Shown piece after piece: positions 12,467 through 26,641 of a stretch of DNA of 64,000 nucleotides. The stretch spans positions 14,298,651 to 14,362,650 of the forward strand of contig CM120647.1 of assembly GCA_051362555.1 (NCBI GenBank). The letters run 5' to 3'. The position numbers and the translations under genes were made by a program. The notes under the pieces were generated by a model that searched no databases, was not told the DNA's origin, and worked only from the letters and a program-made list of their open reading frames with translations. How positions within the stretch are numbered: position 1 is the stretch's first letter; each line of letters begins with the position of its first letter. Source of the stretch: Lingula anatina (Eukaryota; Animalia; Brachiopoda).

Positions 12467-15318
12467 TTAAATAATTATAATTATAAATTATATGAAAATC
12501 CTTCTGATGAGCCATATATAAGACAAAAAATGTGGAGTCCTCAATTTCAGCTCGTCTGTGTAGTGGTTAGCGTATAATACCATAAGGTAAGTATTCATGG
12601 AACTCCCTGCTACCCTGTACATGCTTGGGTTCGAGACTTACCTTTGACATGACCTCACCTCCTACGCCCACCTAGGATAACTTGTTGTAGGTTACTGTTT
12701 GTTGGTGTTTTTAATGTATAATATTCTTGATTATTACACTTACAACTGTTTTTTGTTTTGTATTTAATCTCAAAGCGCAAAAATACCAAAGGAATATTAC
12801 AGAACATTATATATGATTTGTTTTAAATCCTCTATCCAAGAGCAAATTTCCATTGAGTCTGGGGTTATTTTTCAATTTCTGCGATTGTAAACCGAAAAAT
12901 TAATCCCGTGTTTTGTGTTAAGCCTACGATTTTTGGGTGTTACGGAGGCCGTGGAGGTCGTTGAGATAGAGGAAAGTCTGCCTTGCGAGTCGCAAGAGCC
13001 ACATGAGATGTCCTTTCAAGCAGGGACGCTAAATAAAGCAAACGTTTAATATATCTTTAAATCTAGTATATCTCTTTATCTATTTATTCATGTCATATCT
13101 CAGTGTAAACTATATAGGACATGCGTTACTAAAATGTTAGGAACGCACGTCCCATTAGGACGTGCATTACTACACGTAGAGCTTGCATTACTTAGGAGCA
13201 TTCGTCCTACCGACACTGAATCCTAGTAACGTATGCCCTAGGACTTCCATTCCCAGCAATGCATGCCCCAGCAATACTTGCATTCAGGGCGGACTTTCGT
13301 TACTAGGACGTGCGCTCCTGCCACACCGGCAGTCTGCCCGCATTGTATGATGCAGCAAAACAGCCGTGCAAAAAAGCTGTGTCTGTATTAGCAGTATTAC
13401 TACATACATAACCGACTGTTATTACTACCCGCATTGTAAAATAGACTAAAACACATGTCGCGGATAGTTATATATCACTAATATATTTTTTTCATCCTGC
13501 AGTTGTCTTCACTCTGAACGAAACAAATCTAGGGGACCATTCCCAGACCCTATCGTGCTAACCGTGGTTCGATCTATATCCAAGAGGATTCTCGCTAAAT
13601 TGCAATAAACTCAAGCCGCTTAAACTGAAAGCAATTCAGCTCTGTTAGATCGATCTAGGTATGGGAACCCAGTCTAGGTTATAAAAACCCATCCACCCAA
13701 TAGCTCACGTATCATTTATAACCTTGACTACTTCATATGCACTCGTTTTTTGCCAACTGAGTCCCATAACACGTCCAAATGTTTGAAATAATGTATGGCA
13801 CACATATTTAATCTGATATATAGCATAATTTTATATGATGCAGCAGCGTAAAATATAACATTTCATTATTATGTTCCCAATTATTATTCTATTCCCAACA
13901 GAGAAATATTTGTTTGTTTTCTAAAACTATATTTCCATTTGTTAGCTTTCTAAAAGTATATTTCACCTGTTAGCTTTGCAAAAAGTAGTCAAGGTACCTT
14001 TATTTCTACTTCAATATATTCTACAGATTTAAGCCAAGTGCAAATTGTAAGTGTACCCCATGGGTCTTCTATTACACTTAACAATAATAAAGATGGAAAA
14101 AGTAGTACATGCTTTGATTTACCTTAATGTTCCAAATTCCTGTGTTTCTTTCCGATTATGTTGTACGGCTCACAGATGTGTGGAGTGTTGTAGAATATAT
14201 GTTTGAGATGTTGGCGAAACGCTACCATGGATGTCATTAGCATAATAAAATAAACCAATGTTAAAAAGCCTATGCCTTTTGTTTGTTTTTATACTAATAT
14301 AGTACGGATTCTCATGCAAAACACCACAAATGGTTTCTATACGTGACATTGGTGTCAGACGGAGATGCATGGAGGTGATATATAAAATAATAATGAAAAA
14401 TCAGCCATAGGCTTTCACGGGCCAATTGGAATGCGAACATCATACAAAAATTTTATAATTAACTTGCGGTTATACCCGTATATATAAATAGTATATATAA
14501 AAAGTGTAACACAGGGGCGGAACCAGGATTATTAGAAGGGGGATTCGGAACGACAGGCCTCGGATGCGAAGCCGACCATCGCCCCCTTGGTGTGCGGTTT
14601 GGGGCCTGCTCAACGGACCCGACAAAAAATGGTTTTTTGGAGAGCAAACAGTACCATTTGGTACGGTTTAGAACCATGGTTTAGCTAGTCAAAATTCTTA
14701 TTTCAAAAGGGGAATATTGGTGTAATATATTTTTCAGAAATCGAAGGGGGGGTCAGGACCCCCTTGACCCGCCCTCTTATTCCGCCACTGTGTTTAACAT
14801 GCACAATATCGAAGACATCAGGCTTTCTAAAGAGATAACCCCCTTTCATATTAGGCCGAAAAGTCAAATGGCAGGCATAGATCTCAGAACAATTGCAATA
14901 ACCCCCCGTTTGTACGTAGCATGGAATTTATTATATTTCTTTGAATTATTAACGGCATATTTATAGTTGATTTTTGAATCTGATATGAAGATGTGTTATC
15001 GCTTTAGTTCAATAAATGTTCTTATTTACCATATGGTACTAAAACTTCCTTTATGTCTTCTTCCAACAAGGTAGATCAGTACAGAAAAAAATGTCATTCT
15101 TGCCAATTTAACTTGGCAGACAAATGTAGCCATATCATGAGAGTGATTATAATTATGAGTGTCGATCATCCAATGTACAATCAAGTTTGGCTCTTGCAAA
15201 ATTTTTTTTTGTTTCCACCAGTAAAACAACGCACATAACCATATGTTTACCCGCATTGTACACGCACAGAAAAAGCCATGTACTCTGCAATAACGGATTT
15301 TAATATACCGGTTATTAG

Positions 15319-18300
15319 GTCCCCGACATGAACGGTAAAGTTCATGATGTACACGAACTCGTGTTTGACAACCCGACTAGAAGCTCGGAGTTTGTTTTAC
15401 ATTAAGATTGATTTTGGCTTTACCCATGTTATTAAAGAGTACAATGGGATCAGAGGCGGTTCACAACAGACGGGTTTTACTTTTAGCGAGACCATAAGAG
15501 GAGAGAATAAAAAAAATACATTCAGATGTTTAATTACTGGTGCGACTACAGCTATGGACATTTTAAGTAAAACATATTTGGCAAATAATTCCGCCAAGGA
15601 GATACCGTTTTTCTACCGAACACGGTTAACAGGTGGTATGTCGTGCTTTAATACCGGAAAAGCTACATAATCAAAACTAGTTGGATCGTATTCATTGATA
15701 CGCCTGTTCTGTACTTTCCTAGTAAGATGACTTCGGATGCTTTTCTTTTCATTTGGTTTTGCATTGAGATAACATTTGGATTCACATTTGACGTTATAGA
15801 GCACGATGACGTCCACAGCTGTTCACACCTCGGCAGTTTTAGTATTGAGTAGTCTTTACTCTTTCAAATGTCGACTGCAGACTTGCCTCGGGTACTGTAT
15901 GAACATATAAACAGTCTTGAGAAGCAAGGGCCCAAGACAGGAAAGGACGGAAATAAAAAGAATAAAACGTGTGCCTGATAAAAGGACTTTTGTAAAAAAT
16001 CAAAAGTTTGCTCTCTGATAATCCCTCCAAGAAAATAGCACATTTTGATGAAATGCAAACCATGCGGAGTTAGTTATAGCTCAATTTAAGTTCAAGCTCT
16101 GTGGCACCAATATAAGGACTTTAAACTGAAGAGAAAGGAAATATAATTGTCGAACGCAGATGTAAACTTTCTAAAGTATACCGTAGTTTTATGCAAAAGG
16201 TAATTTGCTAAGTCCCACGAGAGCCCTCATTCGTTCTCGTCTCGTGACATCAAGATTCGGGGGCCAGGTCGTTGTCGTGATGGACAGACGTGCCTCATCC
16301 GGGACTCGAACCTGTGACTTTGCGTTACCAAGGTTGATGACGCTTTGAATGTCTCATTTGCATCCATGCACGCTACCTACTGCTCCGTGACTGACCCGCC
16401 CAACCTCCGTACGTGCGAGTTTCCTCTTATAGTAACCGATCGAACCAGCGTCCGAGAGTCTGCCTGTACGCAAGTCAGCAGAGTTACCACGCAACCACGA
16501 CAGCTCGGTTGGTACGAAATGATCAGATGGAAACTTTCAACCTCGTCACGGAGAGCGCCAGATTGGGTGTACATGTGTAGACCTGCTGTCGCAAACGATA
16601 ATCTGGGTGCCGCATTTCAGCCCAAGCATCCCCAGTCCCCGACATGAACGGTAAAGTTCATGATGTACACGAAGTCGTGTTTGACAACCCGACTAGAAGC
16701 TCGGATTTTGTTTTATATTAAAATTGCTTTTGGCTTTACCCATGTTATTAAAGAGTACAATGGGAACAGAGGCGGTTCACAACAGGCGGGTTTTACTGTT
16801 AGCGAGACCCTAAGAGGAGAGAATAAAAAAAAATACATTCGCTTTAATACCGGAAAAGCTACAGAATCAAAACTAGTTGGATCGTACTCATTGATACGCC
16901 TGCTCTGTACGTTCCTAGTAAGATATGACTTCGTCTGCTTTTATTTTCATTTGGTTTTGCATTGAGATAACGTTTGGATTCACCTTTGACGTTGTAGAGC
17001 ACGATGACGTCCACAAATGTTCACACCTCGGCAGTTTTAGTATTGAGTAGTCTTTACTCTTTCAAATGTCGACTGCTGACTTGCCTCGGGAACTGTATGA
17101 ACATATGAACAGTCTTGAGAAGCAAGGGCCCAAGACAGGAAAGGACGAGAATAAAAAGACAAAACGTGTGCCTGATAAAAGGACTTTTGTAAAAAAATCA
17201 AAAGTTTGCTCTGTGATAATCCCTCCAAGAAGATAGCACATTTTGATGAAATGCAAGCCATGCGGAGTTAGTTATAGCTCAATTTAAGTTCAAGCTCTGT
17301 GGCACCAATATAAGGACTTTAAACTGAAGAGAAAGGAAATATAATTGTCGAACGCAGATGTAAACTTTCTAAAGTATACCGTAGTTTTATGCAAAAGGTA
17401 ATTTGCTAAGTCCCACGAGAGCCCTCATTCGTTCTCGTCTCGTGACATCAAGATTCGGGGGCCAGGTCGTTGTCGTGATGGACAGACGTGCCTCATCCGG
17501 GACTCGATCCCGTGACTTTGCGTTACCAAGGTTGAAGACGCTTTGAATGTCTCATTTGCATCCATGCACGCTACCTACTGCTCCGTGACTGGCCCGCCCA
17601 CCCTCCGTACGTGCGAGTTTCCTCTCATAGTAACCGATGGCAATTTTTAAAAATTAATTCTGGCAAAATAAATGACACAGTAGCTACTGTGACTCGAACC
17701 AGCGTCCGAGAGTCTGCCTGTACGCAAGTCAGCAGAGTTACCACGCAGCCACGACAGCTCGGTTGGTACGAAATGATCAGATGGAAACTTTCAACCTCGT
17801 CACAGAGAGCGCCAGATTGGGTGTACATGTGTAGACCTGCTGTCGCAAACGATAATCCGGGTGCCGCATTTCAGCCCAGGCATCCCCAGTCCCCGACATG
17901 AACGGTAAAGTTCATGATGTACACGAAGTCGTGTTTGACAACCCGACTCGAAGCTCGGAGTTTGTTTTATATTAAGATTGCTTTTGGCTTTACCCATGTT
18001 ATTTAAGAGTACAATGGGATCAGAGGCGGTTCACAACAGGCGGGTTTTACTTTTAGCGAGACCATAAGAGGAGAGAATAAAAAAAAAAATACATTCAGAT
18101 GTTTAAATACTGGTGGGATTGCAGCCATGGACATTTTGAGTAAAACATATTTGGCAAATAATTCCGCCGAGGAGATACCGTTTTGCTACCGAAAACGGTT
18201 AACAGGTGGTATGACGTGCTTTAATACCGGAAAAGCTACAGAATCAAAACTAGTTGGATCGTATTCATTGATACGCCTGCTCTGTACGTTCCTAGTAAGA

Positions 18301-19127
18301 TGACTTCGGATGCTTTTATTTTCATTTGGTTTTGCATTGAGATAACGTTTGGATTCACCTTTGACGTTGTAGAGCACGTTTTATGTCCACAGCTGTTCAC
18401 ACCTCGTTAGTTTTAGTATTGACTAGTCTTTACTTTTTCAAATGTCGACTGCTGACTTGCCTCGGGTACTGTATGAACATATGAACAGTCTTGAGAAGCA
18501 AGGGCCCAAGACAGGAAAGGACGAGAATAAAAAGACAAAACGTGTGCCTGATAAAAGGACTTTTGTAAAAAAATCAAAAGTTTGCTCTGTGATAATCCCT
18601 CCAAGAAGATAGCACAATTTGATGAAATGCAAGCAATGCGGAGTTAGTTATAGCTCAATTTAAGTTCAAGCTCTGCGGCACCAATATAAGGACTTTAAAC
18701 TGAAGAGAAAGGAAATATAATTGTCGAACGAAGATGTAAACTTTCTAAAGTATACCGTAGTTTTATGCAAAAGGTAATTTGCTAAGTCCCACGAGAGCCC
18801 TCTTTCGTTCTCGTCTCGTGACAAACCGATTCGGGGGCCAGATTGTTGTCGTGATGGACTGACGTGCCTCATCCGGGACTCGAACCCGTGACTTTGCGTT
18901 ACCAAGGTTGATGACGCTTTGAGTGTCTCATTTGCATCCATGCACGCTACCGACTGCTCCGTGACTGACCCGCCCACCCTCCGTACGTGCTAGTTTCCTC
19001 TTATAGTAACCGATCGCAATTTTTAAAAATTAATTCTGCAAAAATAAACGACACAGTAGCTACTGTATCTCGAACCAGCGTCCGAGAGTCTGCCTGTACG
19101 CAAGTTAGCAGAGTTACCACGCAGCCA
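15319..19127. repeat. Tandem repeat of ~1.25-1.3 kb unit x3 with tRNA-like motifs
   Basis: Unit start gtccccgacatgaacggtaaagttcatg at ~15319, ~16635 and ~17889. Units are highly similar with unit-specific indels. A deleted partial copy lies at ~49586-49912. Confidence 0.95.
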
Positions 19128-19565
19128 GCGTTGGATCGAAATGATCAGATACATTATTTGTCCATCAAATAGTATTTCTATTTTGATGACAGCTGTTTTG
19201 GCGTGATAGTGCTACATATACCTGGTCCCGAATCAAAATCAATGACAAATAAGTATTGTGCATGAGTAATATATGTTGATGCGATTTACAAGCATCAATA
19301 GACCATACATAACAGAAAAAATATAAAAAGGTTATAAAACTTCAAAAAGATGTGATATCCTGTGCATATTATATTTTAAGTGTTTAACAATAAAACTACA
19401 TATTATGTTTAATATTATGAAAATAAACACAACTTCAGAGCAATTGAATCTATCATGTATTTTATATTAGCAGTAAAATAAAATTTAGTTTTATTTTGAA
19501 AGTCGAGACCTCGAGGTAATGCACAAAGCTCACTTGGTGGAGAACTGTGTGCAACAAGGATTGCA

Positions 19566-20390
19566 CTACTTTTCCGTAAATATTCGCCCCCTCCATATTG
19601 TTACTTCCCTTTCCCATGAAAAACCATTTATAATTATTTCACTTTTGCTTGCAGTGCCATTGCCATCACCATGTATTTCACATTGAATATCTCTAAAATC
19701 TAAGAATTCTACAGTTAATCCGTCCGAACCTGGACTTTTATCATTTCTCATTTTAGTGAAGAATATCCTGGCTTCAACATTACTTATTAGGTCTTCTACT
19801 GTAAGCTTTCCCTCTCATCTGTAGTCAGTTTTGGTACATTAAGGTCTTTCAATTTTATTTGCCAATCAATATCAGCGTACTTTTTATTTTCTGAGTACAA
19901 TTATTCGTAAAACTTTTGTTTCCTTTAATATTTCATTCTGTTCAGTAATTTATTTATTTTCACCAACCTGTAGTCGCGGAATAATTTTATCTGTAAATCT
20001 TCTTTTTTCAAGGCTGAAAAAATATTTTGTGGGTTTTTCTCCCTCAGTCAACCATTTTTCGCGCGATCTAATAATACTACCTTTTAACCTAGCTTGCACT
20101 TCTCATCTCAACTAACTTATGTTTTTTTCTTTCTAATTCCAGTTGAAGACGGGCATCACGATTTTCAAAATCTCCTGTTTATTGCTATATTTCTTCCACA
20201 ACCCCTTTCTTTTTCTTCTTAAAACATGCATACGAAATAGTCGTTCCTCTTAAACGTCAAAGCAAAAGTTTCAGCAACATCTGGTCATTCAACGTAAAAT
20301 GTAATTCCTGGTCAGGAATGTTGTCAATATTTTCAAGATTATACAATGCAATGTGTATTTTAAAAAATCTCGTATGGATTTGTTAATTTT
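19566..20390 (-). mobile_element. Degenerate L1/Tx1-clade LINE ORF2 fragment
   Basis: Minus-strand translations IIRSREKWLTEGEKPTKYFFSLEKRR and MRNDKSPGSDGLTVEF, with stops and frameshifts. Confidence 0.8.
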
Positions 20391-21524
20391 TGCAACATAG
20401 GTTAGAAAACCTGTAGGCCCGCCCCTATAAGCTTCCACAATTAGGCCTGTATTTAAAATGAGAGTTTCAAATACTTTAAGACTGTGTAAAATGAACTTTA
20501 GACTGCGTAAAATGAACTTTACTCGAATATTGAATTATATTTTGGCAAAAGGCATTTGAAAAGAAACGAAAGCGATTTAATGTTTCAAGGCAAATGCAAA
20601 ACATGACTGTGATCAATGTGATTAAACAGTCCTTAACAAAACATACGTTCTTCTGGTCTTCCTGCATGAGAGAGAGAGAGAGAGAGTTAAATTAAATAAA
20701 TAAGTAAACCCGACACATATATTATGTTTAATTATTTTTAGTTACATCTAAATTATCCACATAGTTGAGCTCACTGAATGCCACACACACATACACATAT
20801 ATATCTGGAATACAAAATATAGTTTTGTGTATATTTAACGCCATTCATGAAAATAAGTCACTGATGCATCTGCTTTAACTGCACAATGCTGCTTTTATTC
20901 CACACCAGGGAACGCATCCACGTGTCCAGCCTCGTGGTCTTCAAAAGAGCGACAAAAAGGGCGAAATCCTCTCAACCATAGTCTGTTTTCGGTCTACTCC
21001 GGTGTACATGTACATAACACGTATAACCACCACGTGATCGGTTGCCACGTCAGCGTGACCTTTTCAACGGTCCAGCTTAATATAAACCAAGGACAAGAAT
21101 ATTCATGTTGGTCGGTGACCATTTCACGGTTCCTAGATATCATTTCACACTGCGCATGTTCGAGAATGGCCTAGTGGGAATAATTGTGCCAGTGCCCTTT
21201 CTTCACATATTGTTAAAATACAATATGGGCTCCAACTAGCCTATCTATAAAACACCTGTCACTTCTGCAGCTGGGGGCGTTCCATGTATTACACATTTAT
21301 ACGAGATAAACTTGAATATCTATATTACAGGAATGTTTGTTTGAGGCACACCACAATTTTAGACTCGATACAGCATGAACGAAAATTAAAAGAAAAGATT
21401 ATTTTAAACTTCCAAGGCCTAAGAATAGATTTACTTTATCCCTAAAATACCAGTATTCCTCCTCTAAATTGTTGGAAAAAATACGCACACATATACCTTT
21501 GAGTTCTAAGTTCCTAATATCAGT

Positions 21525-21615
<91 letters not shown>

Positions 21616-22142
21616 AGAGAGTTACAAGATAATATTGGAACTGAAACAGTAAACGGTGTTAGGCGTAATACAGCAGAACGTCTCGACCTTGTAGGAATTG
21701 CGACATTTGCAAAATAAAAGAAGTAGATCAAAGAGTACTTCAGCGACTTATAGGGTGTGTTCCCAATGAAACTATTGTTTTACGCAGATCGATCCGACGC
21801 CGCGGGGGGTTTCGAGCAGCTAAGGGGTGATTTATTCGGCTTTAGGATGCTTTTTCACTTCGTTCTGAGTGCGATCGAACGCACACGATAGTTAATCACC
21901 CCTTAGCTGCTCGAGGAAGCGTGTCATTCAGTTAATCATATATTGCACTCAGCGAGAGTCCCCGAGGAGTTGGATCAATCTATGTAGGACGATAGTAACA
22001 TTGGGAAAGCATACATATAAAATACATTAACTGTAAAAAAATTTCTATGTACATGTGCTAATAATTTGATATTGCAAACGCCATATAAGGGTTCTGATTT
22101 GACAATGGAATTGACGTTGTCATGACAACTGTCAGAATCCTG

Positions 22143-25100
22143 CTACTGCTTGGTTTCAGTGGGCGGTGCCATATTATAATCGGCATGAACCGGGGCGACA
22201 GCATTTTCTATCTCCTCCTCGATGTCACTGTCTTCATCCTCTAATTTCTCCTTTTCAGTCAGTGCACTCGAAGGGCGCTTAGTGACAGTAGTTTTCTATG
22301 TGGACACTGCCTCAGGAAGCTTTGGTTTCTCTTCACTCCAGTTAGCTTCGGCAACAGCTTGCTGGTAGTTTAGAGGATGGTAGGACGGCCCTCCGCCTGG
22401 CTGGTACGGGTCATACGGTGGGTAGTATCCCATGGGGGGAGGCGGCGGTGGCAGTTGTTGCTGTTGTTGCTGTTGTTGTTGCTGTTGTTGTTGGACGGTA
22501 CTTATCATTGTGATGTTCGGCTGAGGCGGCGCACTGCCCGCTATGAAGATAACTTGCTGAAATGACAATAACCAAAACTTAGAGAGCATTCACATCGAGA
22601 AGAGCCGAGGTCTAGCACGGCCGAGACCTAATTATGGCGGACCTACATGAAAGGAACACTGCGTAATCCTTTAATGGTCTCTCAATGTAGGTCCGCCATA
22701 TTTAGGTCTCGGTCTTGCTAGACCTCGGCTCTTCTCAATGTGAATGCTCTCTAAAATGCTAAATGTAATCTCTCTCTCTCTCTCTCCCTCTCTCGTGTGT
22801 GTGTGTTTTTGTGTGTGTTTAACTACCAAATATACAGAATGGAAAAAAGTAATCGTTACTTTCAATCAATAAAAGTTCGTCTTAATTCAAAATAAGAATA
22901 AAGTAACTTTTCTATAGACAACAGCTTTATGTTGAAATAGTTTTTACCTAAAATATTTATTGGATATATTGGAAATATTGGACGTAAAAACTATTTCAAT
23001 ATTAAGCTGTTGACAGAAGAAAAATTACATCATCCTTACAACATAAAACAGCTGTTAAAATTCTTAAATTAATTATTTTGGAATAGAAAGGCCATACATA
23101 CCGGTTCTGGTTGGTCTATGGTCGAGCAGCAACAGCAGACAGAGGCGGACACTATGGCTACTATCCACTCAATGAAGCCCAGCCCTCCCGCTCCCGCCCT
23201 AAACACGTACAAGTATATATTCCCATAGGTATGGGAAGTAACCTGTAAATAAATTAATGCATGGGTATTATTATCACATGTGTTCAACTGATGCTTGAAC
23301 GTGAAATATAATGACTTAAACCCGTGGTCAAGATATATATACTGTGTAATGCGATCTGACGCACACCTTGAAAACGGGTAGTGTGGTCTGATCTACCGGT
23401 GAATTCAGGATCATTCGGTGCCGAGTCTGGTAGTTGGGTAGGCCTGAAACATGTAAGCGACCAGTCGACTAAATACTGTCAATCGACCGTGCAGTTGCAA
23501 GTGGTATGCTACTGGTTATAGCAACCTACTGACAACCAAGAAGAGACCGATAGGCAAACTTCAGGATACCGATATTTTTCATTTTTAGTCGCACTGGTTG
23601 TCGGTGCACAAAAAATGGCCTTCATGTGTCAATTAGCAACCTTATGCAACCACTTTAAAACCTATGGCAACCTTCTTGCGACTGAGGTTGCAAAGAGGTT
23701 GCCAAAAGGTTCCAAGCGCAGTGTGACCCAGGCTTAAGACAAGAGTAGGCTGGTTATGTGCGAATCGGATCCAGACCCCCAATGGACACCTTAACCCCCA
23801 AATCTGAACCTACTTAACAATGGGTGGGATATCCATAAAAATGGATAACTGAAGGATAACCCTGCTAACAAGAATGATCTAATACTATCTTCATGTATGC
23901 ACCGTTTGTGGAACGCCATCACTCAGCAAAAAGTTATATGACTTTTTGACTCCACTTATAACTAGAAAAGCACTCAGAGAGAACAGACCTCCGCCAAGGC
24001 AGCAAAGTCTCCATCCAATGCCGTTTCTCCTAAATTTTCGATATTTTTGATTATTGATTGATTATTGATCCGGATCACCACCAAAAACTAACCATCTGTT
24101 CCTTGGCCCACTTTTGACAATTCCTGAAAATTTTATCAAAATCGGTCCATAACTTAGTTTTTTGATTATCGATTATTGATTGATTATTGATCCGGATCAC
24201 CACCAAAAACTGACCACTTCTAAGATAACCCATTTCTGACCTACCCTGAAAATTTCATCAAAATCGGACCATAACTTTTTGAGTTATGTTGATGATTGAT
24301 TTTGATTATTCAATTGATTGATTACCACCAAAAATCAATTATCTCTTCCTTGGCCCACATCTGACAGTTTCTGAAAAGTCATCAAAATCGGTCTATAACT
24401 TTTTGAGTTATGTTGATGACAGACAGACAGACAGACAGACAAACAAACAAACAGACAAACAGGGGTGAAAACATAACCTCCTTGGCGGAGGTAATTACAG
24501 ATGCTTTTGGTTTTGATACAGTTAGGTGAGGTCAACTGGATATTTAGTCGGATGTATATTGACTGAGTGGATCGTTTATTATTGAACGTATTTTCGGTTA
24601 AGTTTAACAGATCAGTTTTAAGAGTGCAACGTACTCTTATAGTCACCAGCTTTTCTGTATTCTACACAACGACCTGAAGAAGTGGTCCATGTACTTAAAG
24701 TTTATATCCTCTGATATCAGGGGTTTGTTAAATAGCATACAAAATTAAGATAATTTTGTAACTGACTACAAGCGAATCCTGTGGTCAGAGAATAAAAAAA
24801 TGTTGTCACTTTGAGTCATACATACTCTGAACAAAGGCAAAGCTCCGGACATGCCCATCAAAATCGGACCGAAGATAAAGGCAGTGAAGATTGAAAATGT
24901 CTGGAAAGAGTTACGCTGAAAGAGAAAGTGAAAGTGAAAGAAGCATACATAATATACATATATTATCATAAATTTTCTTTAGTATAGAAATCTGTTCATA
25001 CCGAGCGTAATATATCTCAGCGACACTGCTGTATTGGAATGTTTTGGGAGGAATACATTCCGTCATGTTATATGCCGCAGCCGACGATGGATATTTGATT

Positions 25101-25330
25101 GGCCGTCTTTAGGCCAGCCCGGGGGGGGGGGGGGGGGGGGGGAGAGGGCTGTAATGAAAGATGACTCTCTTACAAGGTGTATGTAAAGACCAGGCAGTAG
25201 AATGGCCAGATTATCAGTACAGATGTGTCGCTTAGATACATATGTATATCGTAAAGATGAACAATGCAAGCATCTTTAAACGTAACAATCTGTTTGAGTT
25301 AATAAGTAACATTCAGTTTGAGAAGATACG

Positions 25331-25365
<35 letters not shown>

Positions 25366-26437
25366 TAATCATTATTGCTTAAGCTAATTACTCAACTGAT
25401 TCTTCGTCAGAAAAGTTCATCTACTTTGTAAATAAGCTATTCAATCGACCAATAAGTTAATTTATATCAATTTATTCATTTAACTATATATCTTTTCATT
25501 CATACAGTAAATCATTTCTGTTATCACTCACCAGACATCGTTTGGAACCTTGTCGTTCTCTCGTGATGCAAGCGCCGAAAATACCGGTGAAGAAAAACTG
25601 AAAAAAGAGGGCTATATTGAAGATAGAATTTTGTACAACGTTTGGTCTTAGTCTAAGAAAATACAATTTGTCGACCTCTATAAATCAACTAAACCTCTAG
25701 CCATACTTTCTAGGCATCAAACTTCAGCACAAGTATCCAACAGCTAAGGAACCGAGAAGAACAGGTACGTTAAGACATAAAAACACTGCTACATGTACGA
25801 AATACATGTTCTACCAATAAATCCTTGGACATTCTACAAAGAGAAAACACATCTTCCCTTGCATAAATGTCTGGTTGATAATCTTTCAATAGCTAATTAT
25901 GCTGATATAAACGTCGTATTTCAATTGCCTTAATTAGACCAGTTGTTAGTCTTGAAAAATTAATTATGCAAATATTAATAAAAATGTACATTCCATTTTT
26001 GTCGTTTTTTTCTTCTCGTTATTATATCATGTGAAGTATTTGGAGGGTAGCTCAGACAAGTCTTGGTTAAGGTAAAAAAAAAAAAACGTAGAATAAATTA
26101 AGGTTTAGGTTAAGAAATTTATAAAACTTACCCAGGCACCGCACCATATCGGAGCACTCACCATAGTCAAGGTGCGAGATAGACCAGAAGCATAACTGGT
26201 GAACGAGTACGAAGTGGAGAACGAGTTGTAGCTGCTATAATAATAATATCTGTAGGCATTTAAAGTCAAATAGTTTTGGTCCGTTTCAAAATGGTTCAGA
26301 TAGAGGTCGGCCGCGCCACACCCTATTATGAGGAGTCCCAGCGCAATCTGAAATCCACCCAAACATTGGAGGGACCCGTAAGGAAAACGGTCTGGGGGCT
26401 CCCCCGCCGGAACCACTTGGTTGTGGCCCACGTGCAT
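22143..26437 (-). CDS. MS4A/CD20-like tetraspan protein, copy B (premature stop at 22296-22298; possibly pseudogenising)
   Basis: Coding exons 26437-26132, 25597-25532, 24915-24826, 23242-23102, 22556-22296 (ancestral stop at 22143), all GT-AG and phase 0. Motifs LGGFQIALG, APIWCGAWFFFTGIFG and IEWIVAIVSASVCCCC are typical of the CD20/MS4A family. Confidence 0.85.
22582..22751. mobile_element. 170 bp palindromic MITE in the last intron of copy B
   Basis: gagagcattcacat...atgtgaatgctctc with ~65 bp arms and tta/taa flanks. Absent at the same site in C and D. Confidence 0.85.
23961..24494 (+). mobile_element. Non-autonomous Helentron (HINE/DINE-like)
   Basis: Starts actag. Subterminal acctccgccaagg pairs with the 3' hairpin acctccttggcggaggt. 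It contains ~125 bp internal tandem repeats and a (gaca)n microsatellite. Confidence 0.8.
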
Positions 26438-26586
26438 TGTGGGTCTGAAAGAAAATGGTGGTGTATTTACAGTGTGCTGTAGATGTTTTATTTCATTTTG
26501 ATTTTTATAAACTGCCATTATTTACGGTGAACACTATATACACGTATGGACTTAATTGCCACTACCTTAGAAAATTATCGATACCC

Positions 26587-26641
<55 letters not shown>

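Noticed and set aside
12551-12680. tRNA-derived SINE head
   Set aside because: A/B-box-like words are present, but spacing is irregular and there is no second copy in the window.
16291-16396. Functional tRNA gene
   Set aside because: A/B-box-like motifs are present but no convincing acceptor or anticodon stem could be folded. It is reported only as tRNA-like.
15344-19172. Recurrent 60-108 aa ORFs in the 1.3 kb tandem repeat
   Set aside because: Frames and stops differ between units because of indels, and no recognisable domain is seen. Recurrence is explained by the DNA repeat.
21399-21731. ORFs with YIYIYI, polyF/polyK or SLSL runs (also 6615, 26455, 28360, 41389-41662, 55365)
   Set aside because: These are translations of (ta)n, (ct)n and homopolymer tracts.
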